DNA of 64,000 nt from Eledone cirrhosa (Eukaryota), in the NCBI GenBank assembly GCA_964016885.1, contig OZ024759.1, positions 682,001-746,000 of the forward strand, read 5' to 3'. Below the pieces are notes generated by a model. That model ran no database searches and was not told the origin of the DNA. It saw only the letters and a list, made by a program, of their open reading frames with translations. Within the stretch, counting starts at the first letter, position 1; each line of letters begins with the position of its first letter. Both the position numbers and the translations under genes were made by a program. Of this stretch, positions 1 to 18,000 are shown piece after piece.

Positions 1-3000
1 GACAGTCTATATTAGTAACATGACACAGTCTATATTAGTAACATGACAAAGTCTATATTAGTAGCATGACAAAGTCTATATTAGTAACATGACAGTCTAT
101 ATTAGTAACATGACAAAGTCTATATTAGTAGCATGACAAAGTCTATATTAGTAGCATGACACAGTCTAAATTAGTAACATGACACAGTCTATATTAGTAA
201 CATGACACAGTCTATATTAGTAACATGACAAAGTCTATATTAGTAGCATGACAAAGTCTATATTAGTAACATGACAAAGTCAATATTAGTAACATGACAC
301 AGTCTATATTAGTAACATGACAAAGTCTATATTAGTAACATGACAAAGTCTATATTAGTAACATGAAACAGTCTATATTAGTAACATGACAAAGTCTATA
401 TTAGTAACATGACACTGTCTATATTAGTAACTTGACAAAGTCTATATTAGTAACATGACACAGTCTATATTAGTAACATGACACAGTCTATATTAGTAAC
501 ATGACAAAGTCTATATTAGTAGCATGACAAAGTCTATATTAGTAACATGACACAGTCTATATTAGTAACATGACAAAGACTATATTAGTAACATGACAGT
601 CTATATTAGTAACATGTCAAAGTCTATATTAGTAACATGACAGTCTATATTAGTAACATGACAGTCTATATTAGTAGCATGACAAAGTCTATATTAGTAA
701 CATGACAAAGTCTATATTAGTAACATGACACAGTCTATATTAGTAACATGACACAGTCTATATTAGTAACATGACAGTCTATATTAGTAGCATGACAAAG
801 TCTATATTAATAACATGACACAGTCTATATTAGTAACATGACATAGTCTATATTAGTAACATGACATGGTCTATATTAGTAGCATGACAAAGTCTATATT
901 AGTAACATGACAAAGTCTATATTAGTCACATGACACAGTCTATATTAGTAACATGACAAAGTCTATATTAGTAACATGACACAGTCTATATTAGTAGCAT
1001 GACAAAGTCTATATTAGTAACATGACACAGTCTATATTAGTAACATGACACAGTCTATATTAGTAACATGACAAAGTCTATATTAGTAACATGACACAGT
1101 CTATATTACTAACATGACAAAGTCTATATTAGTAACATGACACAGTCTATATTAGTAACATGACAAAGTCTATATTAGTAACATGACACAGTCTATATTA
1201 GTAACATGACTCAGTCTATATTAGTAACATGACGCAGTCTATATTAGTAACATGACAAAGTCTATATTAGTAACATGACAAAGTCTATATTAGTAACATG
1301 ACAGTCTATATTGTAACATGACACAGTCTATATTAGTAACATGACACAGTCTATATTAGTAACATGACATAGTCTATATTAGTAACATGACAAAGTCTAT
1401 ATTAGTAACATGACAGTCTATATTGTAACATGACACAGTCTATATTAGTAACATGACACAGTCTATATTAGTAACATGACAAAGTCATATTAGTAACATG
1501 ACACAGTCTATATTAGTAACATGACAAAGGCTATATTAGTAACATGACACAGTCTATATTGGTAACATGACACAGTCTATATTAGTAACATGACAAAGTC
1601 TATATTAGTAACATGACAAAGTCTATTTTAGTAACATGACACAGTCTATATTAGTAACATGACACAGTCTATATTAGTAACATGACATAGTCTATATTAG
1701 TAACATGACAAAGTCTATATTAGTAACATGACAGTCTATATTGTAACATGACACAGTCTATATTAGTAACATGACACAGTCTATATTAGTAACATGACAG
1801 TCTATATTAGTAACATGACAAAGTCTATATTAGTAACATGACAAAGTCTATATTAGTAACATGACAAAGTCTATATTAGTAACATGACAAAGTCTATATT
1901 AGTAACTTGACACAGTCTATATTAGTAACATGACATAGTCTATATTAGTAACATGACAAAGTCTATATTAGTAGCATGACACAGTCTATATTAGTAACAT
2001 GACACAGTCTATATTAGTAACATGACTGTCTATATTAGTAACATGACAAAGTCTATATTAGTAGCATGACAAAGTCTATATTAGTAACATGACAAAGTCT
2101 ATATTAGTAACATGACACAGTCTATATTAGTAACATGACAAAGTCTATATTAGTAACATGACAAAGTCTATATTAGTAACATGAAACAGTCTATATTAGT
2201 AACATGACAAAGTCTATATTAGTAACATGACACTGTCTATATTAGTAACTTGACAAAGTCTATATTAGTAACATGACACAGTCTATATTAGTAACATGAC
2301 ACAGTCTATATTAGTAACATGACAAAGTCTATATTAGTAGCATGACAAAGTCTATATTAGTAACATGACAAAGTCTATATTAGTAACATGACACAGTCTA
2401 TATTAGTAAAATGACAAAGACTATATTAGTAACATGACACAGTCTATATTAGTAACATGACAAAGTCTATATTAGTAACATGACAGTCTATATTAGTAAC
2501 ATGACAGTCTATATTAGTAGCATGACAAAGTCTATATTAGTAACATGACAAAGTCATATTAGTAACATGACACAGTCTATATTAGTAACATGACAAAGTC
2601 TATATTAGTAACATGACACAGTCTATATTAGTAACATGACACAGTCTATATTAGTAACATGACACAGTCTATATTAGTAACATGACAAAGTCTATATTAG
2701 TAACATGACACAGTTTATATTAGTAACATGACACAGTCTATATTAGTAACATGACATAGTCTATATTAGTAACATGACAAAGTCTATATTAGTAACATGA
2801 CAGTCTATATTGTAACATGACACAGTCTATATTAGTAACATGACACAGTCTATATTAGTAACATGACAGTCTATATTAGTAACATGACAAAGTCTATATT
2901 AGTAACAAGACAAAGTCTATATTAGTAACATGACAAAGTCTATATTAGTAACATGACATAGTCTATATTAGTAGCATGACACAGTCTATATTAGTAACAT

Positions 3001-6000
3001 GACAGAGTCTATATTAGTAACATGACAGTCTATATTAGTAACATGACAAAGTCTATATTAGTAGCATGACAAAGTCTATATTAGTAACATGACACAGTCT
3101 ATATTAGTAACATGACAATCTATATTAGTAACATGACACAGTCTATATTAGTAACATGACAAAGTCTATATTAGTAACATGACAAAGTCTATATTAGTAA
3201 CATGACACAGTCTATATTAGTAACATGACACAGTCTATATTAATAACATGACAAAGTCTATATTAGTAACATGACACAGTCTATATTAGTAACATGACAT
3301 AGTCTATATTAGTAACGTGACACAGTCTATATTAGTAACATGACAAAGTCTATATTAGTAGCATGACAAAGTCTATATTAGTAACATGACAAAGTCTATA
3401 TTAGTAACATGACACAGTCTATATTAGTAACATGACAAAGTCTATATTAGTAACATGACAAAGTCTATATTAGTAACATGACAGTCTATATTAGTAACAT
3501 GACAAAGTCTCTATTAGTAACATGACAAAGTCTATATTAGTAACATGACAGTCTATATTAGTAACATAACAAAGTCTATATTAGTAACATGACAGTCTAT
3601 ATTGTAACACGACACAGTCTATATTAGTAATATGACACAGTCTATATTAGAAACATGACAGTCTATATTAGTAACATGACAAAGTCTATATTAGTAACAT
3701 GACAAAGTCTATATTAGTAACATGACAAAGTCTATATTAGTAGCATGACACAGTCTATATTAGTAACATGACACAGTCTATATTAGTAACATGACAGTCT
3801 ATATTAGTAACATGACAACGTCTATATTAGTAGCATGACAAAGTCTATATTAGTAACATGACACAGTCTATATTAGTAACATGACAGTCTATATTAGTAA
3901 CATGACACAGTCTATATTAGTAACATGACAAAGTCTATATTAGTAGCATGACAAAGTCTATATTAGTAACATGACAGTCTATATTAGTAACATGACAAAG
4001 TCTATATTAGTAGCATGACAAAGTCTATATTAGTAGCATGACACAGTCTAAATTAGTAACATGACACAGTCTATATTAGTAACATGACACAGTCTATATT
4101 AGTAACATGACAAAGTCTATATTAGTAGCATGACAAAGTCTATATTAGTAACATGACAAAGTCAATATTAGTAACATGACACAGTCTATATTAGTAACAT
4201 GACAAAGTCTATATTAGTAACATGACAAAGTCTATATTAGTAACATGAAACAGTCTATATTAGTAACATGACAAAGTCTATATTAGTAACATGACACTGT
4301 CTATATTAGTAACTTGACAAAGTCTATATTAGTAACATGACACAGTCTATATTAGTAACATGACACAGTCTATATTAGTAACATGACAAAGTCTATATTA
4401 GTAACAAGACAGTCTATATTGTAACACGACACAGTCTATATTAGTAATATGACACAGTCTATATTAGAAACATGACAGTCTATATTAGTAACATGACAAA
4501 GTCTATATTAGTAACATGACAAAGTCTATATTAGTAACATGACAAAGTCTATATTAGTAGCATGACACAGTCTATATTAGTAACATGACACAGTCTATAT
4601 TAGTAACATGACAGTCTACATTAGTAACATGACACAGTCTATATTAGTAACATGACAAAGTCTATATTAGTAGCATGACAAAGTCTATATTAGTAACATG
4701 ACAGTCTATATTAGTAACATGACAAAGTCTATATTAGTAGCATGACAAAGTCTATATTAGTAGCACAAAGTCTATATTAGTAGCATGACAAAGTCTATAT
4801 TAGTAGCATGACACAGTCTAAATTAGTAACATGACACAGTCTATATTAGTAACATGACACAGTCTATATTAGTAACATGACAAAGTCTATATTAGTAGCA
4901 TGACAAAGTCTATATTAGTAACATGACAAAGTCAATATTAGTAACATGACACAGTCTATATTAGTAACATGACAAAGTCTATATTAGTAACATGACAAAG
5001 TCTATATTAGTAACATGAAACAGTCTATATTAGTAACATGACAAAGTCTATATTAGTAACATGACACTGTCTATATTAGTAACTTGACAAAGTCTATATT
5101 AGTAACATGACACAGTCTATATTAGTAACATGACACAGTCTATATTAGTAACATGACAAAGTCTATATTAGTAGCATGACAAAGTCTATATTAGTAACAT
5201 GACACAGTCTATATTAGTAACATGACAAAGACTATATTAGTAACATGACAGTCTATATTAGTAACATGTCAAAGTCTATATTAGTAACATGACAGTCTAT
5301 ATTAGTAACATGACAGTCTATATTAGTAGCATGACAAAGTCTATATTAGTAACATGACAAAGTCTATATTAGTAACATGACACAGTCTATATTAGTAACA
5401 TGACACAGTCTATATTAGTAACATGACAGTCTATATTAGTAGCATGACAAAGTCTATATTAATAACATGACACAGTCTATATTAGTAACATGACATAGTC
5501 TATATTAGTAACATGACATGGTCTATATTAGTAGCATGACAAAGTCTATATTAGTAACATGACAAAGTCTATATTAGTCACATGACACAGTCTATATTAG
5601 TAACATGACAAAGTCTATATTAGTAACATGACACAGTCTATATTAGTAGCATGACAAAGTCTATATTAGTAACATGACACAGTCTATATTAGTAACATGA
5701 CACAGTCTATATTAGTAACATGACAAAGTCTATATTAGTAACATGACACAGTCTATATTACTAACATGACAAAGTCTATATTAGTAACATGACACAGTCT
5801 ATATTAGTAACATGACAAAGTCTATATTAGTAACATGACACAGTCTATATTAGTAACATGACTCAGTCTATATTAGTAACATGACGCAGTCTATATTAGT
5901 AACATGACAAAGTCTATATTAGTAACATGACACAGTCTATATTAGTAACATGACAGTCTATATTGTAACATGACACAGTCTATATTAGTAACATGACACA

Positions 6001-9000
6001 GTCTATATTAGTAACATGACATAGTCTATATTAGTAACATGACACAGTCTATATTAGTAACATGACAAAGACTATATTAGTAACATTACAGTCTATATTA
6101 GTAACATGTCAAAGTCTATATTAGTAACATGACAGTCTATATTAGTAACATGACAGTCTATATTAGTAGCATGAGAAAGTCTATATTAGTAACATGACAA
6201 AGTCTATATTAGTAACATGACACAGTCTATATTAGTAACATGACACAGTCTATATTAGTAACATGACAGTCTATATTAGTAGCATGACAAAGTCTATATT
6301 AATAACATGACACAGTCTATATTAGTAACATGACATAGTCTATATTAGTAACATGACATGGTCTATATTAGTAGCATGACAAAGTCTATATTAGTAACTT
6401 GACAAAGTCTATATTAGTCACATGACACAGTCTATATTAGTAACATGACAAAGTCTATATTAGTAACATGACACAGTCTATATTAGTAGCATGACAAAGT
6501 CTATATTAGTAACATGACACAGTCTATATTAGTAACATGACACAGTCTATATTACTAACATGACAAAGTCTATATTAGTAACATGACACAGTCTATATTA
6601 GTAACATGACAAAGTCTATATTAGTAACATGACACAGTCTATATTAGTAACATGACTCAGTCTATATTAGTAACATGACGCAGTCTATATTAGTAACATG
6701 ACAAAGTCTATATTAGTAACATGACAAAGTCTATATTAGTAACATGACACAGTCTATATTAGTAACATGATATAGTCTATATTAGTAACATGACAAAGTC
6801 TATATTAGTAACATGACAGTCTATATTGTAACATGACACAGTCTATATTAGTAACATGACACAGTCTATATTAGTAACATGACAGTCTATATTAGTAACA
6901 TGACAAAGTCTATATTAGTAACAAGACAAAGTCTATATTAGTAACATGACAAAGTCTATATTAGTAACATGACATAGTCTATATTAGTAGCATGACACAG
7001 TCTATATTAGTCACATGACACAGTCTATATTAGTAACATGACACAGTCTATATTAGTAACATGACAAAGTCTATATTAGTAACATGACAGTCTATATTAG
7101 TAGCATGACAAAGTCTATATTAGTAACATGACAAAGTCATATTAGTAACATGACACAGTCTATATTAGTAACATGACAAAGTCTATATTAGTAACATGAC
7201 ACAGTCTATATTAGTAACATGACACAGTCTATATTAGTAACATGACACAGTCTATATTAGTAACACGACAAAGTCTATATTAGTAACATGACACAGTTTA
7301 TATTAGTAACATGACACAGTCTATATTAGTAACATGATATAGTCTATATTAGTAACATGACAAAGTCTATATTAGTAACATGACAGTCTATATTGTAACA
7401 TGACACAGTCTATATTAGTAACATGACACAGTCTATATTAGTAACATGACAGTCTATATTAGTAACATGACAAAGTCTATATTAGTAACAAGACAAAGTC
7501 TATATTAGTAACATGACAAAGTCTATATTAGTAACATGACATAGTCTATATTAGTAGCATGACACAGTCTATATTAGTAACATGACAGAGTCTATATTAG
7601 TAACATGACAGTCTATATTAGTAACATGACAAAGTCTATATTAGTAGCATGACAAAGTCTATATTAGTAACATGACACAGTCTATATTAGTAACATGACA
7701 ATCTATATTAGTAACATGACACAGTCTATATTAGTAACATGACAAAGTCTATATTAGTAACATGACAAAGTCTATATTAGTAACATGACACAGTCTATAT
7801 TAGTAACATGACACAGTCTATATTAATAACATGACAAAGTCTATATTAGTAACATGACACAGTCTATATTAGTAACATGACATAGTCTATATTAGTAACG
7901 TGACACAGTCTATATTAGTAACATGACAAAGTCTATATTAGTAGCATGACAAAGTCTATATTAGTAACATGACAAAGTCTATATTAGTAACATGACACAG
8001 TCTATATTAGTAACATGACAAAGTCTATATTAGTAACATGACAAAGTCTATATTAGTAACATGACAGTCTATATTAGTAACATGACAAAGTCTCTATTAG
8101 TAACATGACAAAGTCTATATTAGTAACATGACAGTCTATATTAGTAACATAACAAAGTCTATATTAGTAACATGACAGTCTATATTGTAACATGACACAG
8201 TCTATATTAGTAACATGACACAGTCTATATTAGTAACATGACATAGTCTATATTAGTAACATGACAAAGTCTATATTAGTAACAAGACAGTCTATATTGT
8301 AACACGACACAGTCTATATTAGTAATATGACACAGTCTATATTAGAAACATGACAGTCTATATTAGTAACATGACAAAGTCTATATTAGTAACATGACAA
8401 AGTCTATATTAGTAGCATGACACAGTCTATATTAGTAACATGACACAGTCTATATTAGTAACATGACAGTCTATATTAGTAACATGACAACGTCTATATT
8501 AGTAGCATGACAAAGTCTATATTAGTAACATGACACAGTCTATATTAGTAACATGACAGTCTATATTAGTAACATGACACAGTCTATATTAGTAACATGA
8601 CAAAGTCTATATTAGTAGCATGACAAAGTCTATATTAGTAACATGACAGTCTATATTAGTAACATGACAAAGTCTATATTAGTAGCATGACAAAGTCTAT
8701 ATTAGTAGCATGACACAGTCTAAATTAGTAACATGACACAGTCTATATTAGTAACATGACACAGTCTATATTAGTAACATGACAAAGTCTATATTAGTAG
8801 CATGACAAAGTCTATATTAGTAACATGACAAAGTCAATATTAGTAACATGACACAGTCTATATTAGTAACATGACAAAGTCTATATTAGTAACATGACAA
8901 AGTCTATATTAGTAACATGAAACAGTCTATATTAGTAACATGACAAAGTCTATATTAGTAACATGACACTGTCTATATTAGTAACTTGACAAAGTCTATA

Positions 9001-12000
9001 TTAGTAACATGACACAGTCTATATTAGTAACATGACACAGTCTATATTAGTAACATGACAAAGTCTATATTAGTAGCATGACAAAGTCTATATTAGTAAC
9101 ATGACACAGTCTATATTAGTAACATGACAAAGACTATATTAGTAACATGAAAGTCTATATTAGTAACATGTCAAAGTCTATATTAGTAACATGACAGTCT
9201 ATATTAGTAACATGACAGTCTATATTAGTAGCATGACAAAGTCTATATTAGTAACATGACAAAGTCTATATTAGTAACATGACACAGTCTATATTAGTAA
9301 CATGACACAGTCTATATTAGTAACATGACAGTCTATATTAGTAGCATGACAAAGTCTATATTAATAACATGACACAGTCTATATTAGTAACATGACATAG
9401 TCTATATTAGTAACATGACATGGTCTATATTAGTAGCATGACAAAGTCTATATTAGTAACATGACAAAGTCTATATTAGTCACATGACACAGTCTATATT
9501 AGTAACATGACAAAGTCTATATTAGTAACATGACACAGTCTATATTAGTAGCATGACAAAGTCTATATTAGTAACATGACACAGTCTATATTAGTAACAT
9601 GACACAGTCTATATTAGTAACATGACAAAGTCTATATTAGTAACATGACACAGTCTATATTACTAACATGACAAAGTCTATATTAGTAACATGACACAGT
9701 CTATATTAGTAACATGACAAAGTCTATATTAGTAACATGACACAGTCTATATTAGTAACATGACTCAGTCTATATTAGTAACATGACGCAGTCTATATTA
9801 GTAACATGACAAAGTCTATATTAGTAACATGACAAAGTCTATATTAGTAACATGACAGTCTATATTGTAACATGACACAGTCTATATTAGTAACATGACA
9901 CAGTCTATATTAGTAACATGACATAGTCTATATTAGTAACATGACAAAGTCTATATTAGTAACATGACAGTCTATATTGTAACATGACACAGTCTATATT
10001 AGTAACATGACACAGTCTATATTAGTAACATGACAAAGTCATATTAGTAACATGACACTGTCTATATTAGTAACATGACAAAGGCTATATTAGTAACATG
10101 ACACAGTCTATATTGGTAACATGACACAGTCTATATTAGTAACATGACAAAGTCTATATTAGTAACATGACAAAGTCTATTTTAGTAACATGACACAGTC
10201 TATATTAGTAACATGACACAGTCTATATTAGTAACATGACATAGTCTATATTAGTAACATGACAAAGTCTATATTAGTAACATGACAGTCTATATTGTAA
10301 CATGACACAGTCTATATTAGTAACATGACACAGTCTATATTAGTAACATGACAGTCTATATTAGTAACATGACAAAGTCTATATTAGTAACATGACAAAG
10401 TCTATATTAGTAACATGACAAAGTCTATATTAGTAACATGACAAAGTCTATATTAGTAACTTGACACAGTCTATATTAGTAACATGACATAGTCTATATT
10501 AGTAACATGACAAAGTCTATATTAGTAGCATGACACAGTCTATATTAGTAACATGACACAGTCTATATTAGTAACATGACTGTCTATATTAGTAACATGA
10601 CAAAGTCTATATTAGTAGCATGACAAAGTCTATATTAGTAACATGACAAAGTCTATATTAGTAACATGACACAGTCTATATTAGTAACATGACAAAGTCT
10701 ATATTAGTAACATGACAAAGTCTATATTAGTAACATGAAACAGTCTATATTAGTAACATGACAAAGTCTATATTAGTAACATGACACTGTCTATATTAGT
10801 AACTTGACAAAGTCTATATTAGTAACATGACACAGTCTATATTAGTAACATGACACAGTCTATATTAGTAACATGACAAAGTCTATATTAGTAGCATGAC
10901 AAAGTCTATATTAGTAACATGACAAAGTCTATATTAGTAACATGACACAGTCTATATTAGTAAAATGACAAAGACTATATTAGTAACATGACACAGTCTA
11001 TATTAGTAACATGACAAAGTCTATATTAGTAACATGACAGTCTATATTAGTAACATGACAGTCTATATTAGTAGCATGACAAAGTCTATATTAGTAACAT
11101 GACAAAGTCATATTAGTAACATGACACAGTCTATATTAGTAACATGACAAAGTCTATATTAGTAACATGACACAGTCTATATTAGTAACATGACACAGTC
11201 TATATTAGTAACATGACACAGTCTATATTAGTAACATGACAAAGTCTATATTAGTAACATGACACAGTTTATATTAGTAACATGACACAGTCTATATTAG
11301 TAACATGACATAGTCTATATTAGTAACATGACAAAGTCTATATTAGTAACATGACAGTCTATATTGTAACATGACACAGTCTATATTAGTAACATGACAC
11401 AGTCTATATTAGTAACATGACAGTCTATATTAGTAACATGACAAAGTCTATATTAGTAACAAGACAAAGTCTATATTAGTAACATGACAAAGTCTATATT
11501 AGTAACATGACATAGTCTATATTAGTAGCATGACACAGTCTATATTAGTAACATGACAGAGTCTATATTAGTAACATGACAGTCTATATTAGTAACATGA
11601 CAAAGTCTATATTAGTAGCATGACAAAGTCTATATTAGTAACATGACACAGTCTATATTAGTAACATGACAATCTATATTAGTAACATGACACAGTCTAT
11701 ATTAGTAACATGACAAAGTCTATATTAGTAACATGACAAAGTCTATATTAGTAACATGACAAAGTCTATATTAGTAACATGACACAGTCTATATTAGTAA
11801 CATGACACAGTCTATATTAATAACATGACAAAGTCTATATTAGTAACATGACACAGTCTATATTAGTAACATGACATAGTCTATATTAGTAACGTGACAC
11901 AGTCTATATTAGTAACATGACAAAGTCTATATTAGTAGCATGACAAAGTCTATATTAGTAACATGACAAAGTCTATATTAGTAACATGACACAGTCTATA

Positions 12001-15000
12001 TTAGTAACATGACAAAGTCTATATTAGTAACATGACAAAGTCTATATTAGTAACATGACAGTCTATATTAGTAACATGACAAAGTCTATATTAGTAACAA
12101 GACAGTCTATATTGTAACACGACACAGTCTATATTAGTAATATGACACAGTCTATATTAGAAACATGACAGTCTATATTAGTAACATGACAAAGTCTATA
12201 TTAGTAACATGACAAAGTCTATATTAGTAACATGACAAAGTCTATATTAGTAGCATGACACAGTCTATATTAGTAACATGACACAGTCTATATTAGTAAC
12301 ATGACAGTCTATATTAGTAACATGACACAGTCTATATTAGTAACATGACAAAGTCTATATTAGTAGCATGACAAAGTCTATATTAGTAACATGACAGTCT
12401 ATATTAGTAACATGACAAAGTCTATATTAGTAGCATGACAAAGTCTATATTAGTAGCATGACAAAGTCTATATTAGTAACATGACAGTCTATATTAGTAA
12501 CATGACAAAGTCTATATTAGTAGCATGACAAAGTCTATATTAGTAACATGATAAAGTCTATATTAGTAGCATGACAAAGTCTATATTAGTAACATGACAG
12601 TCTATATTAGTAACATGACAAAGTCTATATTAGTAGCATGACAAAGTCTATATTAGTAGCATGACACAGTCTAAATTAGTAACATGACACAGTCTATATT
12701 AGTAACATGACACAGTCTATATTAGTAACATGACAAAGTCTATATTAGTAGCATGACAAAGTCTATATTAGTAACATGACAAAGTCAATATTAGTAACAT
12801 GACACAGTCTATATTAGTAACATGACAAAGTCTATATTAGTAACATGACAAAGTCTATATTAGTAACATGAAACAGTCTATATTAGTAACATGACAAAGT
12901 CTATATTAGTAACATGACACTGTCTATATTAGTAACTTGACAAAGTCTATATTAGTAACATGACACAGTCTATATTAGTAACATGACACAGTCTATATTA
13001 GTAACATGACAAAGTCTATATTAGTAGCATGACAAAGTCTATATTAGTAACATGACACAGTCTATATTAGTAACATGACAAAGACTATATTAGTAACATG
13101 AAAGTCTATATTAGTAACATGTCAAAGTCTATATTAGTAACATGACAGTCTATATTAGTAACATGACAGTCTATATTAGTAGCATGACAAAGTCTATATT
13201 AGTAACATGACAAAGTCTATATTAGTAACATGACACAGTCTATATTAGTAACATGACACAGTCTATATTAGTAACATGACAGTCTATATTAGTAGCATGA
13301 CAAAGTCTATATTAATAACATGACACAGTCTATATTAGTAACATGACATAGTCTATATTAGTAACATGACATGGTCTATATTAGTAGCATGACAAAGTCT
13401 ATATTAGTAACATGACAAAGTCTATATTAGTCACATGACACAGTCTATATTAGTAACATGACAAAGTCTATATTAGTAACATGACACAGTCTATATTAGT
13501 AGCATGACAAAGTCTATATTAGTAACATGACACAGTCTATATTAGTAACATGACACAGTCTATATTAGTAACATGACAAAGTCTATATTAGTAACATGAC
13601 ACAGTCTATATTACTAACATGACAAAGTCTATATTAGTAACATGACACAGTCTATATTAGTAACATGACAAAGTCTATATTAGTAACATGACACAGTCTA
13701 TATTAGTAACATGACTCAGTCTATATTAGTAACATGACGCAGTCTATATTAGTAACATGACAAAGTCTATATTAGTAACATGACAAAGTCTATATTAGTA
13801 ACATGACAGTCTATATTGTAACATGACACAGTCTATATTAGTAACATGACACAGTCTATATTAGTAACATGACATAGTCTATATTAGTAACATGACAAAG
13901 TCTATATTAGTAACATGACAGTCTATATTGTAACATGACACAGTCTATATTAGTAACATGACACAGTCTATATTAGTAACATGACAAAGTCATATTAGTA
14001 ACATGACACAGTCTATATTAGTAACATGACAAAGGCTATATTAGTAACATGACACAGTCTATATTGGTAACATGACACAGTCTATATTAGTAACATGACA
14101 AAGTCTATATTAGTAACATGACAAAGTCTATTTTAGTAACATGACACAGTCTATATTAGTAACATGACACAGTCTATATTAGTAACATGACATAGTCTAT
14201 ATTAGTAACATGACAAAGTCTATATTAGTAACATGACAGTCTATATTGTAACATGACACAGTCTATATTAGTAACATGACACAGTCTATATTAGTAACAT
14301 GACAGTCTATATTAGTAACATGACAAAGTCTATATTAGTAACATGACAAAGTCTATATTAGTAACATGACAAAGTCTATATTAGTAACATGACAAAGTCT
14401 ATATTAGTAACTTGACACAGTCTATATTAGTAACATGACATAGTCTATATTAGTAACATGACAAAGTCTATATTAGTAGCATGACACAGTCTATATTAGT
14501 AACATGACACAGTCTATATTAGTAACATGACTGTCTATATTAGTAACATGACAAAGTCTATATTAGTAGCATGACAAAGTCTATATTAGTAACATGACAA
14601 AGTCTATATTAGTAACATGACACAGTCTATATTAGTAACATGACAAAGTCTATATTAGTAACATGACAAAGTCTATATTAGTAACATGAAACAGTCTATA
14701 TTAGTAACATGACAAAGTCTATATTAGTAACATGACACTGTCTATATTAGTAACTTGACAAAGTCTATATTAGTAACATGACACAGTCTATATTAGTAAC
14801 ATGACACAGTCTATATTAGTAACATGACAAAGTCTATATTAGTAGCATGACAAAGTCTATATTAGTAACATGACAAAGTCTATATTAGTAACATGACACA
14901 GTCTATATTAGTAAAATGACAAAGACTATATTAGTAACATGACACAGTCTATATTAGTAACATGACAAAGTCTATATTAGTAACATGACAGTCTATATTA

Positions 15001-18000
15001 GTAACATGACAGTCTATATTAGTAGCATGACAAAGTCTATATTAGTAACATGACAAAGTCATATTAGTAACATGACACAGTCTATATTAGTAACATGACA
15101 AAGTCTATATTAGTAACATGACACAGTCTATATTAGTAACATGACACAGTCTATATTAGTAACATGACACAGTCTATATTAGTAACATGACAAAGTCTAT
15201 ATTAGTAACATGACACAGTTTATATTAGTAACATGACACAGTCTATATTAGTAACATGACATAGTCTATATTAGTAACATGACAAAGTCTATATTAGTAA
15301 CATGACAGTCTATATTGTAACATGACACAGTCTATATTAGTAACATGACACAGTCTATATTAGTAACATGACAGTCTATATTAGTAACATGACAAAGTCT
15401 ATATTAGTAACAAGACAAAGTCTATATTAGTAACATGACAAAGTCTATATTAGTAACATGACATAGTCTATATTAGTAGCATGACACAGTCTATATTAGT
15501 AACATGACAGAGTCTATATTAGTAACATGACAGTCTATATTAGTAACATGACAAAGTCTATATTAGTAGCATGACAAAGTCTATATTAGTAACATGACAC
15601 AGTCTATATTAGTAACATGACAATCTATATTAGTAACATGACACAGTCTATATTAGTAACATGACAAAGTCTATATTAGTAACATGACAAAGTCTATATT
15701 AGTAACATGACACAGTCTATATTAGTAACATGACACAGTCTATATTAATAACATGACAAAGTCTATATTAGTAACATGACACAGTCTATATTAGTAACAT
15801 GACATAGTCTATATTAGTAACGTGACACAGTCTATATTAGTAACATGACAAAGTCTATATTAGTAGCATGACAAAGTCTATATTAGTAACATGACAAAGT
15901 CTATATTAGTAACATGACACAGTCTATATTAGTAACATGACAAAGTCTATATTAGTAACATGACAAAGTCTATATTAGTAACATGACAGTCTATATTAGT
16001 AACATGACAAAGTCTATATTAGTAACAAGACAGTCTATATTGTAACACGACACAGTCTATATTAGTAATATGACACAGTCTATATTAGAAACATGACAGT
16101 CTATATTAGTAACATGACAAAGTCTATATTAGTAACATGACAAAGTCTATATTAGTAACATGACAAAGTCTATATTAGTAGCATGACACAGTCTATATTA
16201 GTAACATGACACAGTCTATATTAGTAACATGACAGTCTATATTAGTAACATGACACAGTCTATATTAGTAACATGACAAAGTCTATATTAGTAGCATGAC
16301 AAAGTCTATATTAGTTACATGACAGTCTATATTAGTAACATGACAAAGTCTATATTAGTAGCATGACAAAGTCTATATTAGTAACATGACAAAGTCTATA
16401 TTAGTAACATGACAGTCTATATTAGTAACATGACAGTCTATATTAGTAACATGACAAAGTCTATATTAGTAACATGACAAAGTCATATTAGTAACATGAC
16501 ACAGTCTATATTAGTAACATGACAAAGTCTATATTAGTAACATGACACAGTCTATATTAGTAACATGACACAGTCTATATTAGTAGCATGACACAGTCTA
16601 TATTAGTAACATGACAGTCTATATTGTAACATGACAAAGTCTATATTAGTAACATGACACTGTCTATATTAGTAACTTGACAAAGTCTATATTAGTAACA
16701 TGACACAGTCTATATTAGTAACATGACACAGTCTATATTAGTAACATGACAAAGTCTATATTAGTAGCATGACAAAGTCTATATTAGTAACATGACACAG
16801 TCTATATTAGTAACATGACAAAGACTATATTAGTAACATGACAGTCTATATTAGTAACATGTCAAAGTCTATATTAGTAACATGACAGTCTATATTAGTA
16901 ACATGACAGTCTATATTAGTAGCATGACAAAGTCTATATTAGTAACATGACAAAGTCTATATTAGTAACATGACACAGTCTATATTAGTAACATGACACA
17001 GTCTATATTAGTAACATGACAGTCTATATTAGTAGCATGACAAAGTCTATATTAATAACATGACACAGTCTATATTAGTAACATGACATAGTCTATATTA
17101 GTAACATGACATGGTCTATATTAGTAGCATGACAAAGTCTATATTAGTAACATGACAAAGTCTATATTAGTCACATGACACAGTCTATATTAGTAACATG
17201 ACAAAGTCTATATTAGTAACATGACACAGTCTATATTAGTAGCATGACAAAGTCTATATTAGTAACATGACACAGTCTATATTAGTAACATGACACAGTC
17301 TATATTAGTAACATGACAAAGTCTATATTAGTAACATGACACAGTCTATATTACTAACATGACAAAGTCTATATTAGTAACATGACACAGTCTATATTAG
17401 TAACATGACAAAGTCTATATTAGTAACATGACACAGTCTATATTAGTAACATGACTCAGTCTATATTAGTAACATGACGCAGTCTATATTAGTAACATGA
17501 CAAAGTCTATATTAGTAACATGACACAGTCTATATTAGTAACATGACAGTCTATATTGTAACATGACACAGTCTATATTAGTAACATGACACAGTCTATA
17601 TTAGTAACATGACATAGTCTATATTAGTAACATGACACAGTCTATATTAGTAACATGACAAAGACTATATTAGTAACATTACAGTCTATATTAGTAACAT
17701 GTCAAAGTCTATATTAGTAACATGACAGTCTATATTAGTAACATGACAGTCTATATTAGTAGCATGACAAAGTCTATATTAGTAACATGACAAAGTCTAT
17801 ATTAGTAACATGACACAGTCTATATTAGTAACATGACACAGTCTATATTAGTAACATGACAGTCTATATTAGTAGCATGACAAAGTCTATATTAATAACA
17901 TGACACAGTCTATATTAGTAACATGACATAGTCTATATTAGTAACATGACATGGTCTATATTAGTAGCATGACAAAGTCTATATTAGTAACATGACAAAG

